Notes: generated by a model not told the origin, from the letters alone. 60,926 nucleotides of DNA from Candidatus Woesearchaeota archaeon (GCA_018692915.1 JABHLG010000004.1:1-60926); one strand, 5' to 3'; shown: positions 36,363 to 46,533, numbered from the stretch's first letter. A program made the numbers and translations.

Positions 36363-37362
36363 ACCATATAAGTAAAGAGAATGCTAGTTCAACTAGCATT
36401 AATTGATAAACAATTTGCTTTTCAGTAAACCTTCCTGTTCTCATCCATATATGTGGAAGCGAGTGAATTCCCTTCCATTTAGAATGAACTTTATTTTTCT
36501 TATCAACAAAACCAATTGTATCTTTTTTAAATTTACTTCTAGACTTTAACGCGAATTCAATAAAAAATGGAATCGAACAGATTGCTGCTGCTCTTTCAAT
36601 GTTACCAAGAATTGCAATACAAGCAAGACTTGCACCTAAGAAATATGTTAAAGAATCTCCTGCCATTATTTTAGCAGGTGCTTTATGGAACTTCCACAAA
36701 GCAAGAAGTGAGCCAAAAACTGCAAAAGATAAAACTGCACCTAAATAACTTTGATGAACAATTGAATATAATCCCAACATACCTGTATAAATTATTCCCA
36801 TACCAGAACCTAAACCATTTAACCCTTCTAACATATTGACCATGTTTGCAGCACCAAAAATCCCAATTGGCACTATCATTAAAGGATATAGAATTCCAAA
36901 GTTTATGTTTCCGAAAAAAGGAATATTCATTGTAGAAGTTCCTGCAGATATTATCATCAAAGGAATAATTGCAGGAAGAATAAGAAGAGGTTTTTGCCAT
37001 TGTTTTAATCTTCCACCTGTTTCAGTTGATTTGTAATCTGCTTTATCTTTAATAGTTGTAAGATCATCCATAAAACCTGCAATTGTAATTATTAGAAGCG
37101 TTGTAATTGCAGCAAAAATATGTAGTATTTGAATATTACTATTATTATAAATAAACGTTTGAATAAATATTAATGCACTTAGTGCTACAAAAGTCCCTGC
37201 AAAAGCAATCCAACCAGCACTTCTTGGAACTAATGGTTTGTTTATTTTGTGCGCGTCTGGAACAGTCATTCCAATACTTCTTAGAAATTTAATAATTGGA
37301 GTTGCAGAAATATAACTAATTAGAAAGCTTACAATAGTTATGAACAGTATTGTTTTTATCAT
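36355..37362 (-). CDS. dolichyl-phosphate GlcNAc-1-phosphate transferase (MraY/WecA/AglH family)
   Basis: Polytopic. 'FMDDL' and 'NMVNMLEGLNGLGSG' motifs of the polyprenyl-phosphate sugar-phosphate transferase family. Confidence 0.75.
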   Translation of the reverse strand: MIKTILFITIVSFLISYISATPIIKFLRSIGMTVPDAHKINKPLVPRSAGWIAFAGTFVALSALIFIQTFIYNNSNIQILHIFAAITTLLIITIAGFMDDLTTIKDKADYKSTETGGRLKQWQKPLLILPAIIPLMIISAGTSTMNIPFFGNINFGILYPLMIVPIGIFGAANMVNMLEGLNGLGSGMGIIYTGMLGLYSIVHQSYLGAVLSFAVFGSLLALWKFHKAPAKIMAGDSLTYFLGASLACIAILGNIERAAAICSIPFFIEFALKSRSKFKKDTIGFVDKKNKVHSKWKGIHSLPHIWMRTGRFTEKQIVYQLMLVELAFSLLIWFV

Positions 37363-37376
37363 TCTTCAATACTCCT

Positions 37377-39971
37377 TTATCCGTAAATACTCTTTTCTAA
37401 GTATTTATCATCCACCTTAGCGGTTGAAGGATATTCAATTTCCCAAATTCTAATTGGACCTATAATACTACCTTGGTATATTCCAAGAGGTGTTCCATCA
37501 TCATATACTTTATTAAATCCCGGAATTTTTTCATCATAAAAATATAGTCTTGCTAAGTTACCATCTTTAACTTTTGATGATGCAAATAACATCGCACCAA
37601 TTGGGTTTATATTTTCATTATCAATATAATATGGAAGTAAGACAACGCACGCATCTATTGATGGTTCTTCAACAATTATGTTTTGAATAACACCCTTATT
37701 AACAACACAATTAATGTTCATAGAAAGTTGCTGTCCATTTCCAACTACGAAATATGCTACGGGTGGTTCAAATGACCCATCTTCATAAACCATCATACTT
37801 ATTCCTGCAAGAGCCGTTCCTTGTGGAAGAACGCGATTATCAATAATTAAATCCTGGTCTAATCCCCAATATCCTTGGTAAAGATTTTCAACGCCTCCTC
37901 TAATTTCATTTTGGCCTTGCAGTGCGAACATACCTATTGTGCTTCTTCTGTCAAAATCTTCATCAGAACCAATTGTTGCAAAAGCATGATATTTTCCAAT
38001 TTCTTCATTTGAGATTAATAAATGTGTAACTTCATGAGTTTTAAAATAATCAAATGTTTCTGTGAGATTATTATGTGTCAATCCATAGCGACCCATTCCA
38101 TGGTCCCATGCCATAGCATTTCCACCATCAACAACTGTTGCTCGTTCTCCAATTGTTTGTGTCCAATAACCATAATCCCACCAATGCGCAATTACTGCAT
38201 CCTCCGCAGTATTATCTCTAATCCATGTCATTGAATTTTCCCATTTTCCAGGTAAACCTGAACCAGAATTTGAATTTACATATGTTGCTGTAACAGTATT
38301 TGAGTAAAAGCAAAATGCAGCAAAAATAATTAAAATTATTGCCAGTACTTTTTCAGTCTCGCTGTGTTTGAATAAATCTTTAGCTAAATTAACTGTAAAA
38401 TATGCCGCTACTATTGCAACGGTTGGACCAAATGCAAATATTGTTCTTACTGCTCCACGTGCGATAATTGCAGTAAATAAGAACCAAATGAAAATCAAAA
38501 GTAAACTCCAATCTACATTAAATATTTCAGAAAAAGCATGTTTGTCTCTGTTATAATAATAAATATAAAATCCAAAAAATGCTGCTACGAAAAATCCAAA
38601 CCACCATAGATATGTTGATGTAGAAAATTCAGCAATTTTAGCATATTTTGCGTCTGGTGAAAATCTACCAAATATGAATATGATAAAAAATATTGAATAA
38701 CTTGCAGCAATTGAAAGTCCAACTTTTAATGATTTAAACATTTTAATTACCATATAAATTGAGCCAAAAAATGCTAATAAGAACGTCCAACCAAATCCAG
38801 ACCACCAACCATTACCACCAATAAAATAAGGTTGTTGGTTCTCTGAAACTGTAAATGCAAATCTACTTGTTCCTCCAGGATGTAGAAGTCTGCTTATAAC
38901 AAAAGAAGGGTCGGTTAATCCTAAAGCCCATCCTACAATAAATGCGATTATAGCAATTCCACCGAGAATGATTAATTCTCCAGGAATTTTGTATGGAAGA
39001 GCATCACCAATATTATCAGCTAGATTTTTAAGAGGCTTAATTTTATTTGCTAAAAGAATTACAACTGAAAGAAGTAACGCCAAGTTTTCTAATTCTTTGA
39101 TAAAATTTATATTACCAAGAGCTATTGCGCTTAAAATTACAAATGATGCAAACCAACTTAAATAGCCAATCAATTGATTTTTTGATAATTTAGTTAAAAT
39201 TGTTGAAAGTATTGCTAATCCCACAAGTGAAACAATTAAGAAACGATATCCTCCCGGCCAACTAAAATACATAAATGCAGAAATAATTCCTGCTGAACTT
39301 CCAAATATAATTGATTTAATTGTTTTTTTAGATTGCCACATTAATGCAAATAGCCATAGTGCTGCGAACATGAAAACCATAGCAATTGCTTCGTGGTCTG
39401 CAAATCCTGCGCCGGTTCTGTAAATATAACCAGGAATAACTGCTAAAAATGCAGTTGCAACAAGTGCAACTCTTTCGCCAAAAATTTCTTTTACAAATAA
39501 GAATAAAAATACTAAGCTAATAACTGTAGCAACTACGGGATATATTATATGCCATTCTATTTGTGTTACTGATGGCATAATCAGATTAATTATTTTGTAA
39601 GCATATGCTAAAACATAACTAACAAATCTATAGTCCATTCTTAAATTATAACCTAGTGGAACATAACGCATCATATCATGTGTTACCATAGTTCCAGTTT
39701 GAACTATTTCTTGAGAATATCTAAAGAACGCATAGGGGTCTAATCCTAATAAATATTTACTTTGTAAGTGAGAGAGGTTTCTTGTTCGCACAAAATAAGC
39801 AAGTGCTAAAATTGGAAGAAGTAAAATCCAATAAATATTATTAGTTTTTAGGAATTTAATAACTTTTTCTCTGTCTATAGATATTGTTTCATCAGATTTA
39901 TCTTCACTTTTAATAAGACCTTTAAATTTACTCACTATTTGTTTCCTTTTATCAGAAATATCATCCATCAA
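37377..39971 (-). CDS. aglB: archaeal oligosaccharyltransferase AglB (STT3)
   Basis: 864 aa. 13-helix N-terminal region and the catalytic 'WWDYGYW' motif. Confidence 0.92.
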   Translation of the reverse strand: MMDDISDKRKQIVSKFKGLIKSEDKSDETISIDREKVIKFLKTNNIYWILLLPILALAYFVRTRNLSHLQSKYLLGLDPYAFFRYSQEIVQTGTMVTHDMMRYVPLGYNLRMDYRFVSYVLAYAYKIINLIMPSVTQIEWHIIYPVVATVISLVFLFLFVKEIFGERVALVATAFLAVIPGYIYRTGAGFADHEAIAMVFMFAALWLFALMWQSKKTIKSIIFGSSAGIISAFMYFSWPGGYRFLIVSLVGLAILSTILTKLSKNQLIGYLSWFASFVILSAIALGNINFIKELENLALLLSVVILLANKIKPLKNLADNIGDALPYKIPGELIILGGIAIIAFIVGWALGLTDPSFVISRLLHPGGTSRFAFTVSENQQPYFIGGNGWWSGFGWTFLLAFFGSIYMVIKMFKSLKVGLSIAASYSIFFIIFIFGRFSPDAKYAKIAEFSTSTYLWWFGFFVAAFFGFYIYYYNRDKHAFSEIFNVDWSLLLIFIWFLFTAIIARGAVRTIFAFGPTVAIVAAYFTVNLAKDLFKHSETEKVLAIILIIFAAFCFYSNTVTATYVNSNSGSGLPGKWENSMTWIRDNTAEDAVIAHWWDYGYWTQTIGERATVVDGGNAMAWDHGMGRYGLTHNNLTETFDYFKTHEVTHLLISNEEIGKYHAFATIGSDEDFDRRSTIGMFALQGQNEIRGGVENLYQGYWGLDQDLIIDNRVLPQGTALAGISMMVYEDGSFEPPVAYFVVGNGQQLSMNINCVVNKGVIQNIIVEEPSIDACVVLLPYYIDNENINPIGAMLFASSKVKDGNLARLYFYDEKIPGFNKVYDDGTPLGIYQGSIIGPIRIWEIEYPSTAKVDDKYLEKSIYG

Positions 39972-40064
39972 ATTCTTTTAATATTACATATAAAAGCATT
40001 ATGTAAAATAAGTCGTTATATAGCAGCATATAAATATTTTTATACTCAAAATCTTGCGAGTTAT

Positions 40065-40670
40065 ATGGAAATAATACCAAGATTTCACTGTATAAATTGT
40101 GGAGATAAATTACCTACTGATATGAAAAGTAAGCGTCGCTCTGGTGAGCTTGGCACATATTATAAAGATGTAGAACATTTTACTCTTGGAACAAATAGTT
40201 GGCATGTTGGAATTATGAATGAAAATGATTTTAATCCAATTTATGATGTGTTAGATGACGCTAAGATTAGAAAATTAGCAGAAAAAACATTTGAAATTAA
40301 TAATTTACCTTTAGATACTAATCGAAAGGCGATTTTATCTAAAAACGAAATGCCCGAAGTAGCAAAACCTTTTGATGAAAGAATGGAAAAAATAAAGAAT
40401 TTTGTAGCTGCATCTAAATTTGATGGTTCTTATGGAAAAGCATTTGCAGTTCATGGTGATTGTATGGATTTAGATAAATATTTAGGCGATGTAATTAAAT
40501 CTATTTTAGACCATGGAGAGAACGAAATATTGCAAGCTGAAATCGCGATGCCATATAGTGCGTATACAAAACTTTTCAAATTTGCAACAGAAGAACTTGA
40601 TTTACCTCTAACACCAGAACTTGGTGATATTATTATTCATTTAGAAGTACATTCTTTTAATGATCGTTGA
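40065..40670 (+). CDS. hypothetical protein with N-terminal CxxC
   Basis: The track ORF starts at 39939 inside aglB. The first ATG outside aglB is 40065 (MEIIPRFHCINCGDKL...). No family recognised. Confidence 0.5.
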   Translation: MEIIPRFHCINCGDKLPTDMKSKRRSGELGTYYKDVEHFTLGTNSWHVGIMNENDFNPIYDVLDDAKIRKLAEKTFEINNLPLDTNRKAILSKNEMPEVAKPFDERMEKIKNFVAASKFDGSYGKAFAVHGDCMDLDKYLGDVIKSILDHGENEILQAEIAMPYSAYTKLFKFATEELDLPLTPELGDIIIHLEVHSFNDR

Positions 40671-40683
40671 TTAAATCACAAAA

Positions 40684-41541
40684 TTATATTGGAACCATAG
40701 GACTTACAAATGTTTCTAGAACACCTGCGACTAAAAGTAATCCAATTGCAAGTAGAATTAAATTAGAACAATCATATAACACTCTATTAAATTTCTGATC
40801 CATAAATTCATGACGTAGCACTGCAACAGATATCATACCACCCGCAAGACCACCTACAAAGTAAGCACCAATTTCAGGTATACCATGTATCATATATCTA
40901 AGGAGACCTAAAGAAAATCCTGCAAAATAAGCAGAAACTCCAGTAATTCCTGCAGAGCCAGCATAACCTGCTATAGCTTTTCTAGCTGTGTTTCCAATTG
41001 CAACTGCAACAACACTTGCATTCCAAGTTAGTATGAAAATAGCACCTGCACCATAAATAAATGAGAATAACAAGACAAAAAGTAAGACTTTGAGATTATT
41101 TACTAAAACTGCCATGAAATAAGAACTAACACTAATTGCATTCGCAGTTACTTGATTAATATTATTATTGATTGCTTGTATTGTATTTATTTGAACACTA
41201 AAGAGATTATTAACTAAACTTTGTGGAAATGCTACAAACCATAATGAATACGCGAGAACCATTCCTAAGAACATCCATACAAAAAAAGGCATAGCTCGTT
41301 TATGATTTACATCATAATCTACATTTTTTTTAAACACACTTTCTTCTTCAAAGCGCATTAAAGAAACCATTAAGGGCAATAGTGCCATAACTGTAAAGAA
41401 AACAGTTGTTAAGCTAGCATGATTTGGAAATATCCATAGCGCAATAAAAATTGCAAGACTTGCGTAAAGAAACGCGAGTGGCAACATCTCAATTGGCTTT
41501 CTCTCAGCTAACCGAACAGGAATTAATGATTCTAAGACCAT
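40684..41541 (-). CDS. SpoIIM-like (DUF95) membrane protein
   Basis: 'VLVNNLKVLLFVLLFSFIYGAGAIFILTWNASVVA' matches the NN...G.G...NG/NA core of the family. 6 helices. Confidence 0.6.
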   Translation of the reverse strand: MVLESLIPVRLAERKPIEMLPLAFLYASLAIFIALWIFPNHASLTTVFFTVMALLPLMVSLMRFEEESVFKKNVDYDVNHKRAMPFFVWMFLGMVLAYSLWFVAFPQSLVNNLFSVQINTIQAINNNINQVTANAISVSSYFMAVLVNNLKVLLFVLLFSFIYGAGAIFILTWNASVVAVAIGNTARKAIAGYAGSAGITGVSAYFAGFSLGLLRYMIHGIPEIGAYFVGGLAGGMISVAVLRHEFMDQKFNRVLYDCSNLILLAIGLLLVAGVLETFVSPMVPI

Positions 41542-41575
41542 AACTAAATAATCTTATGAATTATATAATGATTTC

Positions 41576-43114
41576 CTAGTCATTAAGTAGAATTTCTATA
41601 ATCTTAGCAAAGGCAGGTCTTGTTATGAAAACACCAATTGATACTCCTGCGATTGTTGTAAGTGCGAATCCTTTAAGCATTCCAGCACCCATTATTAGAA
41701 GTGGTGCCATTGCAACAACTGTTGTGAAATATGCTGCCATGATAATAAAGAAAGCGCGTTTAATTCTTTCTTTCCAATTGCCCATTGCTTCAGCTCCTTT
41801 TAGAACTTCGTCGGTTATGACAATCTGATGGTCTACGCCAGTTCCAACTGCTGCAAGTATACCTGCAATTGCAGCTAAATCAAGATTCCATTTAATTAGT
41901 GCAGCAAATCCAAGAATTATAATTATCTCGCTTGTTCCTGTAATTAAAATCGGAATAGCAATTTTTAATTTTCGATATCTTATGAAAATAACTACCCCTA
42001 CAGCAAGTAATGCACCAGCAAGAGCTAATATTGCAGATGTAAAGAACTGCTCTCCAAGTGTTGGAGATACAATATCAATTTTTTCAATGTCTAATTTAAC
42101 TGGAAGTGAACCTGTAATTAATAGTGTCTGGAATTGTTTCATGTTTTCTAATCCAGCAGTTATTGCAGCTTCTTTTGTTTGTCCTTGTCCTGGACCTTGA
42201 ATTACAAAACTTGTAGAAACTTTTCCTTGTAAATCCTCTGAGATATAAAGACTATCAAATAATTCATCATCTAAATAAAGGTCTAATTTTTCACTTAAGT
42301 ATCTTTCACCATTATTTGTTACAATATCTAACTTAGATGTTATTTCTGAATGTTTTTGTGCACTTTCTTGAGATACATCAACTCTAAAACTGAATCGACA
42401 TTGCCAAATTCCACCCTCTTGAGATTGTCCACAAGTTCTTAAGTCAATACCTGAACAATCTGCAGACCTACATACAGATTTAATATCTTGGCCACCAACA
42501 AAAACAGTTTCTCCGCCAATCTGAGCTTCAAACTTTCCTTGTTGTCCAATTAGTTTTTCAACATCCTCTCTAGTTGCACCAGCTAATTCAACAATAATAT
42601 ATTTATCTCCTTCAATACTTCTTGTTTGACTGATTGCAACATCACTTAAACCATATATATTTAATCGCTTTGATATAATATCCATAGCATCTATAAATTG
42701 CTGTTCGGTTACTTCTCCATCAGGTTTTAGAATAACTCTTGCCCCTCCAACTAAATCAAGACCCTTTTTTAAATTTGAAGTTGGAACTTCTTTAATATTA
42801 ATTCCTAACCCATCTTCTTGATAAACAATTTTGTAATTTCCTTTGTTTGTTTCTAAAGTTGCAACACTACCTATTTCTAATTCTGAAACAATATTTGCAT
42901 ATGCATTTAATGTTTCAATTTCTTGACCATTAATATTTGTTATTATGTGACCTGTATCAATTCCTGAAATTTCTGCAGAACTATTTTTATTAATTGTATC
43001 TACATATGCGCCAGATGATGAAAATCTTGGTTGTATTGTCCAAATAGATAAAAGTAAAAATATTATTAATAGAATAACTTTCCAATCAAATAATATTTTC
43101 TTTAGCTTATCCAT
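41576..43114 (-). CDS. secD: protein-export membrane protein SecD (with an extra PDZ-like segment in the extracytoplasmic loop)
   Basis: N-terminal TM, a large loop, and a C-terminal 5-helix bundle 'GILAAVGTGVDHQIVITDE'. Loop segment 'AEISGIDTGHIITNINGQEIETLNAY...IGSVATLETNKGNYKIV'. Confidence 0.85.
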   Translation of the reverse strand: MDKLKKILFDWKVILLIIFLLLSIWTIQPRFSSSGAYVDTINKNSSAEISGIDTGHIITNINGQEIETLNAYANIVSELEIGSVATLETNKGNYKIVYQEDGLGINIKEVPTSNLKKGLDLVGGARVILKPDGEVTEQQFIDAMDIISKRLNIYGLSDVAISQTRSIEGDKYIIVELAGATREDVEKLIGQQGKFEAQIGGETVFVGGQDIKSVCRSADCSGIDLRTCGQSQEGGIWQCRFSFRVDVSQESAQKHSEITSKLDIVTNNGERYLSEKLDLYLDDELFDSLYISEDLQGKVSTSFVIQGPGQGQTKEAAITAGLENMKQFQTLLITGSLPVKLDIEKIDIVSPTLGEQFFTSAILALAGALLAVGVVIFIRYRKLKIAIPILITGTSEIIIILGFAALIKWNLDLAAIAGILAAVGTGVDHQIVITDEVLKGAEAMGNWKERIKRAFFIIMAAYFTTVVAMAPLLIMGAGMLKGFALTTIAGVSIGVFITRPAFAKIIEILLND

Positions 43115-43994
43115 TTTTCTTCTTTAACCACCATGTTATTATTGATGCATTCATAATCCAAGTGTTAATAAAATCAAACATCAGTCCTAGCAAAAGAACT
43201 AATGCAATTTGTTGCAAAATCTTTGAAGGACTAATAACATAAATTGTTGTAAGTGCAACAAGTGTTGTTACGCTCATAGTTATACCTGTCTTTAGTGCAT
43301 TTGCGACTCTATCTGAGACAGAACCTTCATGTTGCTTAATTGTTCTAACCGATAATAATATATTTGAATCTACGGAATATCCAATGAGCATTAAAAGTGC
43401 AGCGATACTTGCAGTTGATAATTTAATTCCTAATAAATTTATTGCAGCTAATGTGCATAAAAAGTCAGAGAATGCAGCTAAAACAATTGCACCACTTGGG
43501 ACTAATTTCCTAAAGTAAAAGAAAATAACTCCAGCCATAAATATGAAAGCAAGGAATAGTGCTTGAACTGTATTATTCCAGAATGTTGTGCTAAGTGAAG
43601 AACTAGTTTCTTCGATTGTGTATTTGCCTTCGATTACCTCGAGCCCTGTAGAATCTGAAATAGCCTTTTTTATACCATCAATATCAGACGTTTGCTCAAC
43701 CTCAAAAGTATAACCAAGATTTCCCGAAGAGCCAAAGCTTCTCAATTCCTTAACTCTTGAACTTAATCCAAGTTGGTTGGATATTGCTTTTTCCGCACTT
43801 GCAATATCAATCTGTTCTCCAGTCTCAACTGTAATCATAATTCCACCAGTAAGAGTTATATCTTTACTGACAAATTCACCTGTATTGACCTTCCAAAATC
43901 CTAAAATTAATATTGCACATAATAAAATCACAATAGGTAATATTATTATTTTCTTATACTTATGCTCGTAAATCTTCCCAATCCAATCAGTCAT
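43107..43994 (-). CDS. secF: protein-export membrane protein SecF
   Basis: 295 aa. 'LLMLIGYSVDSNILL' core. 8-nt overlap with secD. Confidence 0.85.
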   Translation of the reverse strand: MTDWIGKIYEHKYKKIIILPIVILLCAILILGFWKVNTGEFVSKDITLTGGIMITVETGEQIDIASAEKAISNQLGLSSRVKELRSFGSSGNLGYTFEVEQTSDIDGIKKAISDSTGLEVIEGKYTIEETSSSLSTTFWNNTVQALFLAFIFMAGVIFFYFRKLVPSGAIVLAAFSDFLCTLAAINLLGIKLSTASIAALLMLIGYSVDSNILLSVRTIKQHEGSVSDRVANALKTGITMSVTTLVALTTIYVISPSKILQQIALVLLLGLMFDFINTWIMNASIITWWLKKKNG

Positions 43995-44043
43995 AAGTTT
44001 GCAGTCACAGTAATGTTTTAAATCTTACGATAATAGAAGATAT

Positions 44044-45234
44044 ATGCGTAAAGTAAGTATGCTTTTACTTGTGCTATTAATTATGCCTTTGTCTATTGCA
44101 ACAAGCGAGGATATTGCTAAACATGATTTAAAAGCACTATACCAAGAAGAAGGTATTTATGCCGGACCAAATCAGTTTTCAGATTATTGGGCAAGAGATG
44201 CATTATTTGCAACCCTTGGAGCAAATTCAATAGGTGATTATGATATATCAAAAAAACAACTAGAATTATTTATCAAATATCAAAACATTGATGGACAAAT
44301 ACCTATGCGCGTGGGTGATTATGATATTACACTTAAACTTTTGGGAATAAATATAAATCAAGGACAAAGACCTAGATATGAACAAGATAAGCTTTTCAGT
44401 AACCCTCGAGATCAAAATTGTTTATTTGTAATTGCTGCAGAAGATTATATTGTAAAATCTGGCGATATACAGTTTGCTAGAGAAAATTTCCATAATTTTG
44501 AAAATGCAATTACGTGGTTAGCTAGTAAAGATGATTCTAATAATTTCTTAATAGATGAAGGAGAATATGCTGGCTGGACAGATTCTGTGAAGAAAAATGG
44601 CGAGGTTCTTTATACAAATGTTTGTTATTATCGTTCTTTGAAAGCAATGTCAAATATTGCCCATATTGTTGAAAATGAGCCTGAAGCACAGCTTTATGAT
44701 TTATGGGCCAGATTAGTTCATAAAAGAATTAATGATAATTTTTGGTTAGATGACGGATATTATGCAGATTGGATACATGATGGAACAACATATACTTATT
44801 TTTCAACAGATGGAAATGTTTTAGCAATTCTTTGGGGCGTTGCAGATGAGCAGAAAGCAAAAAGCATATTGTCATATGCAGAGTCAAATAAAATTTCAGA
44901 GGGTTTTGGTGTTAAAACAACATATCCTGAATATAAAACAGCACTTATTTCCCCAGTAAATATTTTCGCAGGAATTCCTGATTATCATACTGAAATGCGT
45001 TGGCTTTGGGTATCTTGTTTTTATGCAAAAGCCCTAAATGAAAATGGATTTGAAAATCGAGCAACAGATGAGCTAGCTGAAATCAATGCAGGTATTGAAA
45101 AACAAGGCGAGGTTTACGAAGTTTACGATTCTGACGGAGAGCCAATTAACCGTCTTTTTTACAAAGCAGAGCATCCTTTTGCATGGTCTTCAGGAGTTTG
45201 CACTTATGTTACTCAAGATTGGCAAAGTAATTAA
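44044..45234 (+). CDS. secreted (alpha/alpha)6-barrel glycoside hydrolase, glycogen-debranching/GH15-63-like
   Basis: Signal peptide. 'YWARDALFA', 'GWTDS' and 'WLWVS' blocks typical of amylo-alpha-1,6-glucosidase-type domains. Confidence 0.55.
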   Translation: MRKVSMLLLVLLIMPLSIATSEDIAKHDLKALYQEEGIYAGPNQFSDYWARDALFATLGANSIGDYDISKKQLELFIKYQNIDGQIPMRVGDYDITLKLLGININQGQRPRYEQDKLFSNPRDQNCLFVIAAEDYIVKSGDIQFARENFHNFENAITWLASKDDSNNFLIDEGEYAGWTDSVKKNGEVLYTNVCYYRSLKAMSNIAHIVENEPEAQLYDLWARLVHKRINDNFWLDDGYYADWIHDGTTYTYFSTDGNVLAILWGVADEQKAKSILSYAESNKISEGFGVKTTYPEYKTALISPVNIFAGIPDYHTEMRWLWVSCFYAKALNENGFENRATDELAEINAGIEKQGEVYEVYDSDGEPINRLFYKAEHPFAWSSGVCTYVTQDWQSN

Positions 45235-45255
45235 ATTAAAAGATTTAAAAATAAA

Positions 45256-45426
45256 ATGATAACTAAAAGACACTTATTGATTGCGTTTATTCTAGTGATA
45301 GGAGTAATTATAACAATTGCTTGCTTTGTATTTGGATATGAACCTTTACTACTTGCTAATATTTTTCTAGCTTCAACTACGCTTTTAGCAGCAGTTACAA
45401 TTGCAGCGAGGATAATAATGCAATGA
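45256..45426 (+). CDS. 56-aa two-helix membrane protein (below the ORF-track cutoff)
   Basis: ATG 45256 to TGA 45424-45426: MITKRHLLIAFILVIGVIITIACFVFGYEPLLLANIFLASTTLLAAVTIAARIIMQ. The stop overlaps the trmI ATG (ATGA-type). Confidence 0.4.
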   Translation: MITKRHLLIAFILVIGVIITIACFVFGYEPLLLANIFLASTTLLAAVTIAARIIMQ

Positions 45427-46139
45427 AATTAATAATTGATCCGAAAGGGAAGAAGTATTTGATGAAGAAAGGAGAGAAAGAGTTTCACACACAGCACGGT
45501 GTAATTAAAATTCAGAAGAAGGATGGTCTGATAGAAACACATAAGGGAACTACTTACTTACAAGTTGAAGCTAACTTTACAGATAAGCTCTTGCAGTGTG
45601 GTAGAGGACCACAGGTTGTTCTGCCAAAAGATGCAGCTGCAATTGTCGCACACACTAATTTGCAACCTGGAGCAAAGGTAGTTGATGCTGGTGCAGGTAG
45701 TGGTTGGTTATCATCGTTTATTTCGCACTATATTGGACCTGAAGGTAGGGTTACGACCTATGAGATACGTAAAGAATTCGCTAAAATTGCAAAAGATAAT
45801 TTTAAGTTCTTAGAGCTAACAAACATCAAACTAAAAAATGCAGATATAACAAAAGGAATTAAAGAAAGAAAATTAGATTTAATTACACTTGATTTACTTA
45901 CTCCAACAAAAGTTCCAAACATTCCAGCTGCTTTGAAAAAAGGTGGATATGTTGTTGCATATGTTCCACATTTAGAGCAAGCAGAAGATTTTGTAGCATT
46001 TGCAAAAAAACAGGGTCTTTATTTTGAGCGAACAATTGAAGTCATTGAGCGAGAATGGGGTTTAAAATGGGACTCACTTAAAGAAAAAATGGGCGCTATT
46101 GGCCACACAGCATATTTAGTGTTCTGTCGAAAAATATAA
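45423..46139 (+). CDS. trmI: tRNA (adenine-N1)-methyltransferase TrmI/Gcd14 family
   Basis: 'PQVVLPKDAAAIVAHTNLQPGAKVVDAGAGSGWLS' substrate and SAM motif block. 238 aa. Confidence 0.8.
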   Translation: MKLIIDPKGKKYLMKKGEKEFHTQHGVIKIQKKDGLIETHKGTTYLQVEANFTDKLLQCGRGPQVVLPKDAAAIVAHTNLQPGAKVVDAGAGSGWLSSFISHYIGPEGRVTTYEIRKEFAKIAKDNFKFLELTNIKLKNADITKGIKERKLDLITLDLLTPTKVPNIPAALKKGGYVVAYVPHLEQAEDFVAFAKKQGLYFERTIEVIEREWGLKWDSLKEKMGAIGHTAYLVFCRKI

Positions 46140-46162
46140 ACTCTTAAAAGCTTTTACTACTA
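46121..46162 (+). repeat. direct repeat copy 1 (trmI 3' end plus TATA-containing promoter)
   Basis: gttctgtcgaaaaatataaactcttaaaagctttt matches 46484-46518 at 33 of 35 positions. Confidence 0.8.
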
Positions 46163-46171
46163 AAATATAAA

Positions 46172-46468
46172 ATGCGTATAACAAAAATAATTGAGAATAA
46201 TCCTAGAGCAGTTAAAGTAGCATGTGTTTTAACTACAATTGTTACAAGTTATGCTGTTATTAAAAATCAACCAATTGAAGCAATAGAAACTGGTATTGAA
46301 TATATTTCTCAAGCATTTAATAATATTAATTTAGTTGGAAGTGCTCAAGCTGCAAATGATACAGCAGCTAATACTGATGGTGATGATACGTGTTATGCTG
46401 GAACAAGTAGCGCTGCAGTATTAACAACATTGGTGGGATATCAAAGAGTTGCTCGTAAGAGAAATTAA
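46172..46468 (+). CDS. hypothetical protein with a C-terminal hydrophobic anchor and basic tail
   Basis: 98 aa. '...AAVLTTLVGYQRVARKRN' C-terminus. It is bracketed by the 35-nt direct repeat. Confidence 0.5.
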   Translation: MRITKIIENNPRAVKVACVLTTIVTSYAVIKNQPIEAIETGIEYISQAFNNINLVGSAQAANDTAANTDGDDTCYAGTSSAAVLTTLVGYQRVARKRN

Positions 46469-46483
46469 AACTCCTCTAAATAT

Positions 46484-46525
46484 GTTTTGTCGTAAAATAT
46501 AAACTCTTAAAAGCTTTTCTTACTA
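46484..46525 (+). repeat. direct repeat copy 2
   Basis: gttttgtcgtaaaatataaactcttaaaagctttt. It retains the last trmI codons (FCRKI-stop) in a non-genic context. Confidence 0.8.
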
Positions 46526-46533
46526 TGTAGTGT

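Noticed and set aside
36683-39165. ORFs 36683-37000(-, out of frame), 36836-37036(+), 38022-38234(+), 38368-38556(+) and 38968-39165(+)
   Set aside because: They are embedded in the GlcNAc-1-P transferase and aglB genes, so they are treated as shadows.
39939-40064. N-terminal 42 codons of track ORF 39939-40670
   Set aside because: The extension overlaps the 5' end of aglB on the other strand and the promoter region. The first ATG outside it (40065) gives a sensible start, so the gene is called as 40065-40670.
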